Below, piece after piece: positions 46,983-55,066 of a stretch of 64,000 nt of DNA. Made by a program: the position numbers and the translations under genes. Each line of letters starts with the position of its first letter. Within the stretch, counting starts at the first letter, position 1. This DNA comes from Patescibacteria group bacterium. GTDB taxonomy: Bacteria; Patescibacteriota; Microgenomatia; UBA1400; UBA1449. The stretch spans positions 3,049 to 67,048 of the forward strand of contig JBMNOG010000003.1 in the NCBI GenBank assembly GCA_050942955.1. Direction: 5' to 3'. The notes below the pieces were generated by a model. It did no database searches, had not been told where the DNA came from, and was given only the letters and a program-made list of their open reading frames with translations.

Positions 46983-48089
46983 TTAGGAATTATCGTTTTC
47001 AACAACCATTGCAGCGATACACGTGGTAACCGGCACAGCGATCACCAACCCAATACTGCCTACAAGAGTCTTGACAACTTCAGTGGCAATTATTTCATGA
47101 TTAATAACATGAGCAAAAGGTTGAGGGTTATCGATAAATAGAAGTAGTAGTGGCAGTGAGGCGCCGGCATACACTAGTATCAAAGTATTTATCATGGAGG
47201 CAATGTGGTCCTGCCCAATCTTCATAGCCTTTTGATACAGATCTTTGAATCCTAGTTTTTTCTCTGTTTCTTTAAGTTGTAAGACAATTGCTGCCTGGGC
47301 TACCGTAATATCGTCCAGAATTCCCAAAGCTCCCACAATAATTCCGGCCAGCAGTAAACCTTTAATATTAACTGTATCTCCCATAGCCACTTGCAAAAAA
47401 CCAGCTTCTTCTGAGGCAAAACCAGTTAGTTTAGCAGCACTAACAAAAATCCCAGCTAAAACCCCTGTCACTAGAAGTGAGACAAACGTTCCGATAATAG
47501 CTACAGCTGTTTTTTTGTTTACTCCATGAGAGAGGTAAAACGTAAAGGGAATAATGACTATAGAACTTACAATCGCAATAAAAATCGGATTAGCACCTTG
47601 GTATATTTGCGGCAGTATAAATTTGAAAATTATGAGAAAGGAAACAGCAAGACCAATAAATGAGCTTATCGCCCGTTTTTTAGCTACCAGTAAGGTAATA
47701 ACTAAAAAGATGAGCAAAAGACCAATGAGCGCATCACGCCTTATGTAATCAGCAATAAAATAAATGGTGTTGCCATCAATATCTGAGGTAGCATTAAGTA
47801 GGACTACATCCCCTTTTTTATATTGCTGTTGGTTTACCATAGGCACATTACCATTCTCAATCTCAAGAACCTTTCCCTCTTCATTAACGACTTCAAGTTT
47901 GAGTTTTTGATATAGCTGCTTTTCGCCCATAACCTCAATCTCTTTTTCCTCGATAATATCGACAATTTCAGCTTCGAGACTTTGGGGTTGTGAAGTGTCC
48001 TTTACCTCCATACCTTTAACAGTCCTTCCAAAACATAGAAAGATCGTAGTTAGAAAAAACAGTATGAGAAGAAATTTAGCGCTCATTGT
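46983..48089 (-). CDS. YibE/F-family multi-pass membrane protein. I trimmed the start to MSAKF.
   Basis: N-terminal extracytoplasmic domain followed by about seven transmembrane helices. The GILDDITVAQAAIV motif resembles YibE/F. The longer ORF overlaps the DUF134 gene. Confidence 0.5.
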   Translation of the reverse strand, partial: TMSAKFLLILFFLTTIFLCFGRTVKGMEVKDTSQPQSLEAEIVDIIEEKEIEVMGEKQLYQKLKLEVVNEEGKVLEIENGNVPMVNQQQYKKGDVVLLNATSDIDGNTIYFIADYIRRDALIGLLLIFLVITLLVAKKRAISSFIGLAVSFLIIFKFILPQIYQGANPIFIAIVSSIVIIPFTFYLSHGVNKKTAVAIIGTFVSLLVTGVLAGIFVSAAKLTGFASEEAGFLQVAMGDTVNIKGLLLAGIIVGALGILDDITVAQAAIVLQLKETEKKLGFKDLYQKAMKIGQDHIASMINTLILVYAGASLPLLLLFIDNPQPFAHVINHEIIATEVVKTLVGSIGLVIAVPVTTCIAAMVVENDNS

Positions 48090-48390
48090 CTTGTTCAATC
48101 CGGATAGCTTTACCTTTAACAATCGCCTCAGCCACTTTTTTGTTTGCGCTATCCAAAATCCTGGCAAATGTCGGCTGAGAAATATTCATTTTTTCAGCTG
48201 CCTGCGTCTGATTCAAACCATCAACATCATAAAGCTTCAAGGCTTCCAGTTCATCTGGCATCAAAGCCACTTCCTCGAGTAGTCGTAACGGTATCCCTCT
48301 GGGTTTAAAGTAGTAAACATTAGGCTCAAACTGGAGAAATCTGGGTCTTTTTGGACGCGGCATAAACACTATTATACCTAACTCCCCCAT
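48076..48390 (-). CDS. DUF134 (UPF0251) DNA-binding protein with a sigma-70 region-4-like HTH.
   Basis: MPRPKRPRFLQFEPNVYYFKPRGIPL...LEEVALMPDELEALKLYDVDGLNQTQAAEKMNISQPTFARIL is the typical DUF134 pattern. Confidence 0.75.
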   Translation of the reverse strand: MGELGIIVFMPRPKRPRFLQFEPNVYYFKPRGIPLRLLEEVALMPDELEALKLYDVDGLNQTQAAEKMNISQPTFARILDSANKKVAEAIVKGKAIRIEQDNER

Positions 48391-48425
48391 TCTTAAAAAA
48401 TGGGGGAGTTAGATAATTCTCACAC

Positions 48426-48683
48426 TTAGGCGTTTTCAAGCTCTACCTCTTCCTTTTTAACATCTTCAAGCTCCTCTTCTAATGCCTGGCGGTAGTTTGC
48501 CAGAGCCTGTTTTTGCTCCTCTTTTGTTTGAGGCCAGTCCCAGGAAAAGTATCTACCCATACCTCTACCTGAGCCAAAACGACGTCTCCAACCTAATCCT
48601 AACCCACAAGGCCCAAACCCCCGGCCAGTTCCTGGGCCCATTCCCGTTGGTCCTGTTCCATCAAATCCTGGCATTTTACTCAC
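48426..48683 (-). CDS. DUF5320-family Gly-rich coiled-coil protein. Proteins of this family often pair with DUF134.
   Basis: The N-terminal region is MPGFDGTGPTGMGPGTGRGFGPCGLG. A charged coiled coil follows. It lies immediately upstream of the DUF134 gene. Confidence 0.7.
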   Translation of the reverse strand: MSKMPGFDGTGPTGMGPGTGRGFGPCGLGLGWRRRFGSGRGMGRYFSWDWPQTKEEQKQALANYRQALEEELEDVKKEEVELENA

Positions 48684-48769
48684 CTCCCTTCAAACATTAT
48701 TATGAATATATATTCATATATATACGTACACATTATTTCTGTCAAGTAGCGCATGTAAAAGGAAAGCAG

Positions 48770-49102
48770 TTAGGTAAGGGAAGACAGGATAGAACTAATA
48801 ATAGCGACAAGTAAACCAAAAATGATGGCTGCCAATAAAGAGCCAATAGCAAAACCTGGAACCAATAAACTAGCTAAATACAGGATAAGAATATTTATTA
48901 CTAACGCAAATAACCCCAAGGTAAGAATAGTAATTGGCAAAGTCAAAAGCAGAAGAATCGGTTTTACAAACGTGTTAAGAAGCCCTAAAACCAATGCAAC
49001 AATAAGAGCAGTAAGAATTGAATCTACTACTACCCCAGGAATAAGATAAGCCGCCAGAAAAACTGCAATGGTATTAATGAGCAATCTTCCAAAAAATGAC
49101 AT
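48770..49102 (-). CDS. DUF360 / phage-holin-4-like small membrane protein.
   Basis: 110 aa with four hydrophobic helices. The sequence pattern matches the Phage_holin_4_2 / YvlD family. Confidence 0.55.
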   Translation of the reverse strand: MSFFGRLLINTIAVFLAAYLIPGVVVDSILTALIVALVLGLLNTFVKPILLLLTLPITILTLGLFALVINILILYLASLLVPGFAIGSLLAAIIFGLLVAIISSILSSLT

Positions 49103-49146
49103 GGGAGGAAACTACTTCTTTGATATGAAAATCTTGACAAAATACA

Positions 49147-49174
49147 GTAATACTTCAGTAAATCTACCTAAGAA
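49147..49174 (+). promoter_or_regulatory. Phased GTAA(G/A)-heptamer direct repeats upstream of the 49219 operon. This is a weaker copy of the regional motif.
   Basis: GTAATAC (49147), GTAAATC (49158) and CTAAGAA (49168). A TTGACA lies at 49133-49138. Confidence 0.35.
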
Positions 49175-49218
49175 CTTGCTATCTTCTTACATAGCTCTAA
49201 CGCTTTCTTAATTTTCTC

Positions 49219-50433
49219 TTGGCAATCAAATCCTATAGTTTAATTATGGAGTCATACGACTATCTTATTCAGGAACTACTATCTCAAGAAGGCAGGAACA
49301 TCCGGTCAAATACGTTTTTCCTTACAGCTTACTATCCAATTAAAAAACGGGAAAAGGCTTCTCTTCAGAAACTCAAAAAGGTGGTCTTAGATTGGCTCGA
49401 CACTCACTTCCGTAGGAATAAAGATATCGGTCAATTTTCCCGAATACACCATCAGCTATTGAAAACAGTGAGTAAACATCTAGAAAACTTTGAGCAAACA
49501 GATAAGGGTCTAGCTATTTTTGCTAAATTTAGTGCTTCCAGTAGGGTTGATAAAAGAAACAGAAGCATTCCCAAAAAGCAGGTATTAGTTGTTTCGCTCT
49601 CAAGGAGGCCTCGGGAAGAGTTTAGTGTAGGTAAAACGTACGACCTAGACCAGCTCGTCTGGATCCTCAACCAAAAACTTGAGTCAGTAGTTTTAAATAT
49701 CTCCCGTAAAAAAGCTGACGTTTATATTCTTGATGAGGGAAAACTTGGATTTATCACTCAAGTAGCAAATGATTACCTCTATAGTGGCGAACGAGAATAT
49801 CTCGAAGTACACCGGCCCACCCGGTCAGATTTTGCCGTGTACGGAACTGGTTCAGACAGATTTAAGCAGAGACAAAAGGATGAAGACATGCGCTTTCTAA
49901 CAGAGTTAGGTAAGTATATAAAAAATGAACCTTTACTGAAACTTCAGTTTGAGCATCTGGTCGTCGTCTATTCACATCTTTTTGAAGAGCACATTGATGA
50001 TTTTATAAAAAATCTTACCCATTCACTCCCTTACCTTACCCCAATTACTATCCAAAAAGATATTCAAACAGAAAAGGAGTTACACCAGGAAGTTTTAAAT
50101 ACAGTCAATAAACATAAAGAGTACTCCCAAAAACAGCAATTAAAGCAGGCCAAGAAAGAGATGTATAAGTATATAGAAGACTGGCAGAGTGTTGCCAAAG
50201 CATCCAGACAAAGAAAAATTAACACCCTGTTTATTACTGCTAAAGCTAAAAGTCCTGGTTACGTACTTAACCGGGATCTGGTGTATACGCATCCAGCCGC
50301 AGGTAGCCGGCGCGTAGAAAATATTGCTCCCTGGATAGTTCACAGTGCTCTTAAGGCTGATAGCCAGATAGTGGTTTTTCCAGAGTCTCTTCCCGAAACC
50401 GAAACCCCTATTGCTGCCTCACTGCGCTATTAA
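49219..50433 (+). CDS. eRF1/Pelota-superfamily-like protein (bacterial aeRF-like) in which the GGQ motif is replaced.
   Basis: The central region AVYGTGSDRFKQRQKDEDMRFLTELGKYI...LVVVYSHLF aligns in pattern with eRF1 domain 2 (...GGQSALRFARLRxEKRHNYVRKVAE...LILAG), with GTGSD in place of GGQ. 404 aa, consistent with a three-domain architecture. Confidence 0.4.
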   Translation: MAIKSYSLIMESYDYLIQELLSQEGRNIRSNTFFLTAYYPIKKREKASLQKLKKVVLDWLDTHFRRNKDIGQFSRIHHQLLKTVSKHLENFEQTDKGLAIFAKFSASSRVDKRNRSIPKKQVLVVSLSRRPREEFSVGKTYDLDQLVWILNQKLESVVLNISRKKADVYILDEGKLGFITQVANDYLYSGEREYLEVHRPTRSDFAVYGTGSDRFKQRQKDEDMRFLTELGKYIKNEPLLKLQFEHLVVVYSHLFEEHIDDFIKNLTHSLPYLTPITIQKDIQTEKELHQEVLNTVNKHKEYSQKQQLKQAKKEMYKYIEDWQSVAKASRQRKINTLFITAKAKSPGYVLNRDLVYTHPAAGSRRVENIAPWIVHSALKADSQIVVFPESLPETETPIAASLRY

Positions 50434-50436
50434 CAT

Positions 50437-50742
50437 ATGAAACCAAAAGAACTAAGAGTCATCGGAGAAAATACACTCATTACTACTGAGATGATAAGGT
50501 TAATTAATCAAGAATTTACCCAAAAGTTGTACAGATATTTTCCTAATTATTTACAGGATATAGAAAGAGCTCGTTTAACCGTTTCGACTAGCAAAGGAAT
50601 TGGTTATGCTCTTACTCTCGATATGTGGTTTCCTGAGATAGGACATACTCAAACTGAAGTTATAAAAGACAGTTTTTACTACGCCATTTTAGATCTATGG
50701 AAAAGAATAGAGAGAATGGCTAAACAATATCCTCAAATTTAG
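50437..50742 (+). CDS. Ribosome hibernation factor (HPF/RaiA/YfiA, S30AE family)-like small protein.
   Basis: 101 aa. The pattern LRVIGENTLITTEMIRLINQEF..KL.RYF....DIERARLTVS....GYALTLDMWFPEIG.....IKDSFYYAILDLWKRIERMAKQ matches the HPF topology and spacing. It starts 4 nt after the upstream gene. Confidence 0.4.
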   Translation: MKPKELRVIGENTLITTEMIRLINQEFTQKLYRYFPNYLQDIERARLTVSTSKGIGYALTLDMWFPEIGHTQTEVIKDSFYYAILDLWKRIERMAKQYPQI

Positions 50743-50744
50743 TC

Positions 50745-51290
50745 TTACCTCAGCCACCGCCTCCCCAAAAAAAGAGACACAATTATTCCTATAATTATCA
50801 CACATTGCCAGAATATCTGGAACACAAACCAAACTGAGTCGTTATGAAAAATTTTGTGAAGAAAACGGTATTCCTCCGGAGGATTGCGGTGCTTTTGAGC
50901 AAACTGTTCTGAAATCCAGTATTGGATTTCAGCGAAACTACGCACTGTCCAAAAAACTGATACAAAAAGTAAAAACAGAACCCAGTCCTTAAGAAAAAGG
51001 GTAGCTGCGGACACAAAAACCCAAAACAATCCAAAAACAATAGCGTCTCCCCAAACAAAGGCACCAATAAGGTTAAACACTCCGGCACTGCCAAAAGCAT
51101 TTTGCTTTCCTTTAGTTTCTCGTAAACCCCAGACAAATCCCGCAAGAGAAATAAACCCATAAATAGTGATGATAACTGATTGCCAAAGAAGCATTGGTTT
51201 ATTATAACTCAGGGAAGTAAGAGATCGGATTAACACCAAAACCAAAAAGGAGGTCGGAAGATCAGGGATTGTCGTAAGTATTCCATCCAC
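50745..51290 (-). CDS. Hypothetical integral membrane protein.
   Basis: 181 aa with four or five hydrophobic helices rich in Trp and Phe. No recognised motif. Confidence 0.4.
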   Translation of the reverse strand: MDGILTTIPDLPTSFLVLVLIRSLTSLSYNKPMLLWQSVIITIYGFISLAGFVWGLRETKGKQNAFGSAGVFNLIGAFVWGDAIVFGLFWVFVSAATLFLKDWVLFLLFVSVFWTVRSFAEIQYWISEQFAQKHRNPPEEYRFLHKIFHNDSVWFVFQIFWQCVIIIGIIVSLFLGRRWLR

Positions 51291-51624
51291 AACTATTAAG
51301 CCTGTTAGTACTCTCTAAATTTAGGTACTATGGTATATTAGTTGATCCTCCAACCTCTCAAAGTGTGGGTGTGTAATACTCCTTTTCTCATGACTATGTC
51401 TGCAAATCATGTCCACTAAAAACAGATACCAAGCTTTTCTTATTAGTAAAAAAAACTTATGGGAAACAATGAAGTGAGCATTTTGATTCATCTCCCGTAA
51501 TGCTAGTTAGAGAATGTAAAAATAATGTTAGAAATAAGTATTAAAACAGTCAGAGAGTAATTAGAGATAGGAAAGCTTAGTTTGCTTGACTTCAAGTAGT
51601 AAATAAAGTACTTTTTGAACATTC

Positions 51625-51654
51625 TGTAAGAAGTCTGTAAAAATTGTGTAAGAA
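51625..51654 (+). promoter_or_regulatory. Triple 11-bp-phased TGTAAGAA direct repeat (putative response-regulator binding site).
   Basis: TGTAAGAA (51625), TGTAAAAA (51636) and TGTAAGAA (51647). The motif ends 2 nt before the annotated ATG at 51657. The true start of that gene may be the downstream Met at 51750. Confidence 0.55.
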
Positions 51655-51656
51655 AC

Positions 51657-52208
51657 ATGGAGCCCCAAGTTTCACCTTTCCCTTCTCTGTACCAGTCTAA
51701 TCTTTTTACATTAGTCTTGGATCAACAGGAAGACAAGACGAAGATTACCATGAAGATCCATGATTCTCTAGTTAATACGAGAGAGTTGCCCGGAACTCTG
51801 GCTATACTTGAAGAAAACCTACCTTCGATTTTTAGAACAACGTGTTTTAATGATGACCATGTTTCTTTTCTTAAAGAGGTAAGGCATACTGAGGTCGGAC
51901 ATCTTTTCGAACATATCATACTGGCTTATTTATGCGAAAACACAGTTGTTGAAAAAAACTGCAGTATTACGTACAAAGGAGAAACAAGTTGGAATTGGTT
52001 AAAGGATGATTTTGGAACATACCACATTACCTTAAACGTCGGCAAAAAAGATGCCAATGTTTTTTTTTCTTCGCTAGAGAAAAGTATTATCCTTTTAGAT
52101 ACCATTATGCGGGAGGGTAAACAAAAAGAGGTTAATATCAATTCTTCGTTTATGTTCAGGCAGTTCGAGGAAAACTACCATACTCCCCCTGCCCACCCGT
52201 TGTTTTAA
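51657..52208 (+). CDS. Hypothetical protein. The start may be at the internal Met at 51750.
   Basis: 183-aa ORF. No recognised domain. The phased repeat lies directly upstream. Confidence 0.4.
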   Translation: MEPQVSPFPSLYQSNLFTLVLDQQEDKTKITMKIHDSLVNTRELPGTLAILEENLPSIFRTTCFNDDHVSFLKEVRHTEVGHLFEHIILAYLCENTVVEKNCSITYKGETSWNWLKDDFGTYHITLNVGKKDANVFFSSLEKSIILLDTIMREGKQKEVNINSSFMFRQFEENYHTPPAHPLF

Positions 52209-52222
52209 AAGTACATTATAGG

Positions 52223-52498
52223 CTAAACCTCTTCTTTTTCTAGTTTCTGCTTTGCTTTATCCAATTCTTTTACTATTCTTCTCCTGCTTTTTTCTTTGAC
52301 CTCCTCAGCTTTCTCCTGGGCTTCTTTTAACTTCTCTTCGCCTTTTTCCCGCCATTCGTCCATTTTTTTCTGAACCTTTTTGCGCATGTCTCTATCAGCC
52401 ATTACTACCGCAACTGCACCCACAATTGCTCCGATAATTCCAGCCGTAAGCGCACTCATCCCTCTTCTACTATCTCTATCATCTACCATAGAAATCAC
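52223..52498 (-). CDS. YtxH-like (DUF948) stress-associated membrane-anchored coiled-coil protein.
   Basis: N-terminal transmembrane helix (ALTAGIIGAIVGAVAVVMA) followed by a Lys/Glu-rich coiled coil. Confidence 0.5.
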   Translation of the reverse strand: MISMVDDRDSRRGMSALTAGIIGAIVGAVAVVMADRDMRKKVQKKMDEWREKGEEKLKEAQEKAEEVKEKSRRRIVKELDKAKQKLEKEEV

Positions 52499-52722
52499 CT
52501 CCTTTTAGAACCACCTAACATATTTACTAGAAAACTTAAAACACCGACCCTAACTTTAGCTTGCCACCTTTGAACATTATGTGCCGTTTCTTTAACATCC
52601 TGAACTGTTTCATTAATAGATTTTAGTACTGTAACTATAAAATAGGCTGTAACAATAGCGGCTAAAATAATAATCCAGATAGCCACTGAGGCTGAGTAAT
52701 AAAATAATTCTTGAGCTGTCAT
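52495..52722 (-). CDS. Small DUF948-like membrane protein.
   Basis: 75 aa. One transmembrane helix plus an amphipathic helix. It overlaps the downstream gene by 4 nt. Confidence 0.4.
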   Translation of the reverse strand: MTAQELFYYSASVAIWIIILAAIVTAYFIVTVLKSINETVQDVKETAHNVQRWQAKVRVGVLSFLVNMLGGSKRR

Positions 52723-52757
52723 ATATTTTTAGCTTACCAAATGCTATCTTAAGATTT

Positions 52758-52785
52758 TGTGAAGCTGGTAAGAAATCGGCAAGAA
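52758..52785 (+). promoter_or_regulatory. Phased G(T/C)AAGAA repeats that overlap the -35 region upstream of a TATAAT at 52807-52812.
   Basis: GGTAAGAA (52767-52774) and GCAAGAA (52779-52785) are 11 bp apart, with a degenerate TGTGAAG copy upstream. The ATG follows at 52842. Confidence 0.5.
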
Positions 52786-52841
52786 AGTTGATATAAAAGA
52801 CTGATGCTATAATCGCAACAGAAGGGTAAGTTACTAATACT

Positions 52842-53561
52842 ATGCAGAAAAAAGATTCCCCATACCTAACATCTCAAGCACCATTGAAGCGACAGAGTGA
52901 TTTTATTGACTATACTATACATGAATTAAAAAATTCTCTTACAGTTATTAGTTCTTTTAGTCAGCTTTTAAAAAAGAGTCTAGAGAAACAGGGTGAACCC
53001 AAAATGCTTCTAAGTGTCTCCAAGATTGAGTCACAGATAAAAATCATGGCTCAACAACTTGATAGCTATGCTGACGCCCTAAAACTTGATTTTGGCAATC
53101 TTGACTTTGTTGAGGAAGCTTTTTCTTTGGATGAAGCTGTGACTGAGGTTGTTGTTGATTTTAAGAAAAGTAATCCTACCTACGTTTTTAGTATCATAGG
53201 AAGCACTAACAGACTTGTTCGAGCAGATAGATATCGAATAAAGCAGGTAGTAACCACTCTCCTTAATCAAGTAATAGCGTGTTCTTTAGAAAACAAAAAG
53301 GTAGTTATAAAACTAGCAACATCATCCAGCAAAGCAAAGGTTTCAGTGTGTGTATTCGAAAGAGTTTCCCCGAGCGACTACCAAATCCTAGGTGAAAAGT
53401 TTGCTCAAGCAAAAACTCAACCACTATCACCAGAAACAGATGTGCAGTTATTCCTGGCACATTCTGTCATCGAAAAATACAAGGGAAAACTCACTCTAAG
53501 TAGCAAAGAAAAAGGAGAAATTATCTTCTCCTTTTCCCTACCAATGTTAGTAACTGACTAA
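52842..53561 (+). CDS. Histidine-kinase-like protein. It has a DHp H-box but a degenerate ATP-binding (CA) domain.
   Basis: H-box IHELKNSLTVI. An N-box remnant LLNQVI. No recognisable G1 (DxGxG) or G2 (GxGxG) box. No transmembrane segment. Confidence 0.5.
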   Translation: MQKKDSPYLTSQAPLKRQSDFIDYTIHELKNSLTVISSFSQLLKKSLEKQGEPKMLLSVSKIESQIKIMAQQLDSYADALKLDFGNLDFVEEAFSLDEAVTEVVVDFKKSNPTYVFSIIGSTNRLVRADRYRIKQVVTTLLNQVIACSLENKKVVIKLATSSSKAKVSVCVFERVSPSDYQILGEKFAQAKTQPLSPETDVQLFLAHSVIEKYKGKLTLSSKEKGEIIFSFSLPMLVTD

Positions 53562-53569
53562 ACAGGAAT

Positions 53570-53830
53570 TCAAGTTCTTTGCAACCTTCTTCCAATCCAG
53601 ATAAGTAAAACTGCACCGGCTGTAGCTACTAGAATACTGTAAAGATTAAAACCTGTAGCTCCGGGTTGACCGAATATATTCATGATAAGTCCACCTACTA
53701 CTGCTCCCAAAACCCCAAAAACAATATCCATAAGGATTCCCTGCGAGGAGTTTGTACCCATAATTACAGACGCAAGCCACCCAGCCACTAATCCTAAAAG
53801 GGCTAAAATTAAAATTGACATTTCGTTCAC
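53570..53830 (-). CDS. GlsB/YeaQ/YmgE-family (transglycosylase-associated) stress membrane protein.
   Basis: 86 aa. The LGLVAGWLASVIMG...FGVLGAVVGGLI pattern is typical of this family. RBS AAAGGAGGTGAACGAA-ATG. Confidence 0.75.
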   Translation of the reverse strand: MNEMSILILALLGLVAGWLASVIMGTNSSQGILMDIVFGVLGAVVGGLIMNIFGQPGATGFNLYSILVATAGAVLLIWIGRRLQRT

Positions 53831-53875
53831 CTCCTTTTCGGATTGCTTTTACTACAATCAAACTACTGCCTAGCA

Positions 53876-53946
53876 ATAAGAACCAAAAGTGAAATGTGTA
53901 AGAATCAGGTAAGACAAACAGAGGTATAAGAAAAACCCGATAAGAA
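53876..53946 (+). promoter_or_regulatory. Cluster of (A/G)TAAGA(A/C) heptamers between the GlsB-like gene and the OmpR-type response-regulator gene.
   Basis: ATAAGAA 53876, GTAAGAA 53898 and GTAAGAC 53909 share an 11-bp phase. Further copies lie at 53926 and 53940. Confidence 0.5.
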
Positions 53947-53954
53947 CTTCAGGA

Positions 53955-54626
53955 CTACTCTTTTATGACATACCCAAAACCCCTAACTGACTTAATAAGC
54001 TCCTTATCAAAGCCAGCATCGATTTTTTTCCGAAGATAGCCAATGTAGACATCAACTACTCGAGTTTCAATATCAGGAGAGTAAAGCCAGATACGGTTTA
54101 AGATAGCCTCTCTTGTTAAAACCCTGCCCTTGTTTGCCATTAAATATTCAAGTAGTTTGAATTCCTGAGGGGTTAGCTTAATTTTCCTATCTCCCCGTTT
54201 TACTTCCAGAGTTTTCTTATCAAGCACAAGATCAGATACCTTGAGTTTAGCATTTTGGGTAGCGTGATCCCGCAGCCTAGCTCTAATGCGGGCAATGAGC
54301 TCATCTGTTTCAAAGGGTTTGGCAATATAGTCGTCAGCTCCAAGATTAAGCCCTTTTACCACATCGGATGTAGCTCCTTTAGCTGTTAACATGATAATTG
54401 GAAGATCGGGAAATAGTTTCTTTGTCTCGCTGCACACTGTTTCTCCACCCATAGTTGGCAACCCTAAATCCAAAATAACCAAATCCGGCTGGGTTTTTTT
54501 AATGACCTTTAAGGCAGCTACACCATCGGCCACATCTTTAACAGAGTACCCATTGTCAAGCAGAAGGTCTTTTAGGTACTGTCTCAGGTCTGAATCGTCC
54601 TCAACTACAACTATTGTATGAACCAT
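53955..54626 (-). CDS. OmpR/PhoB-family response regulator (receiver plus winged-helix DNA-binding domain).
   Basis: The receiver region is VVEDDSDLRQ...DLVILDLGLP...ITAK. The C-terminal trans_reg_C region is LTPQEFKLLEYLMANKGRVLTREAILNRIW...VDVYIGYLRKKID. Confidence 0.9.
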   Translation of the reverse strand: MVHTIVVVEDDSDLRQYLKDLLLDNGYSVKDVADGVAALKVIKKTQPDLVILDLGLPTMGGETVCSETKKLFPDLPIIMLTAKGATSDVVKGLNLGADDYIAKPFETDELIARIRARLRDHATQNAKLKVSDLVLDKKTLEVKRGDRKIKLTPQEFKLLEYLMANKGRVLTREAILNRIWLYSPDIETRVVDVYIGYLRKKIDAGFDKELIKSVRGFGYVIKE

Positions 54627-54698
54627 ACACGTTTATTACTTTAATCATACTCATTAATTATGAATAAAATATGATCAAGTAATATCCTTTAACTTACT

Positions 54699-55064
54699 TT
54701 AGATATATCTTTCAACAATTTTTTCAAGCTTTTCTATATCAAACGGTTTACATAAATAATCATCGGCCCCGATTCTTTGTGTTATCTGTTCCGTGTCTTT
54801 ACTGGCAGAAATAATAACAATGGGTATATCCTTGGTTTTCTGGTCCTGCTTCAAGTGGCGCGTGATCTCTTCCCCACCTAAATTCGGCATCCAAAGGTCA
54901 AGTAAAATTAAATTTGGCCTAAGCTTTCTAACTTCTTCAAAGATGTGATCGGTACGAGTCATGCTCACCACCTGGTACGCCTTGTTTTCAAGTACAATCT
55001 TGACAATATCGGCAATACCTTCATCGTCATCACATACTAAAATTTTTTTCTCGCTGGTATTCAT
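54699..55064 (-). CDS. Single-domain CheY-like response regulator.
   Basis: 121 aa. ILVCDDDEGIAD...LILLDLWMPNLGGEE...ISASKD receiver motifs. Confidence 0.85.
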   Translation of the reverse strand: MNTSEKKILVCDDDEGIADIVKIVLENKAYQVVSMTRTDHIFEEVRKLRPNLILLDLWMPNLGGEEITRHLKQDQKTKDIPIVIISASKDTEQITQRIGADDYLCKPFDIEKLEKIVERYI

Positions 55065-55066
55065 AA

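Noticed and set aside
46814-47005. 63-aa ORF between the coiled-coil gene and the YibE/F-like gene.
   Set aside because: The region is better explained as the N-terminal signal-peptide extension of the 46132 gene in another frame, plus its promoter. The ORF has no RBS and its composition is low-complexity hydrophobic.
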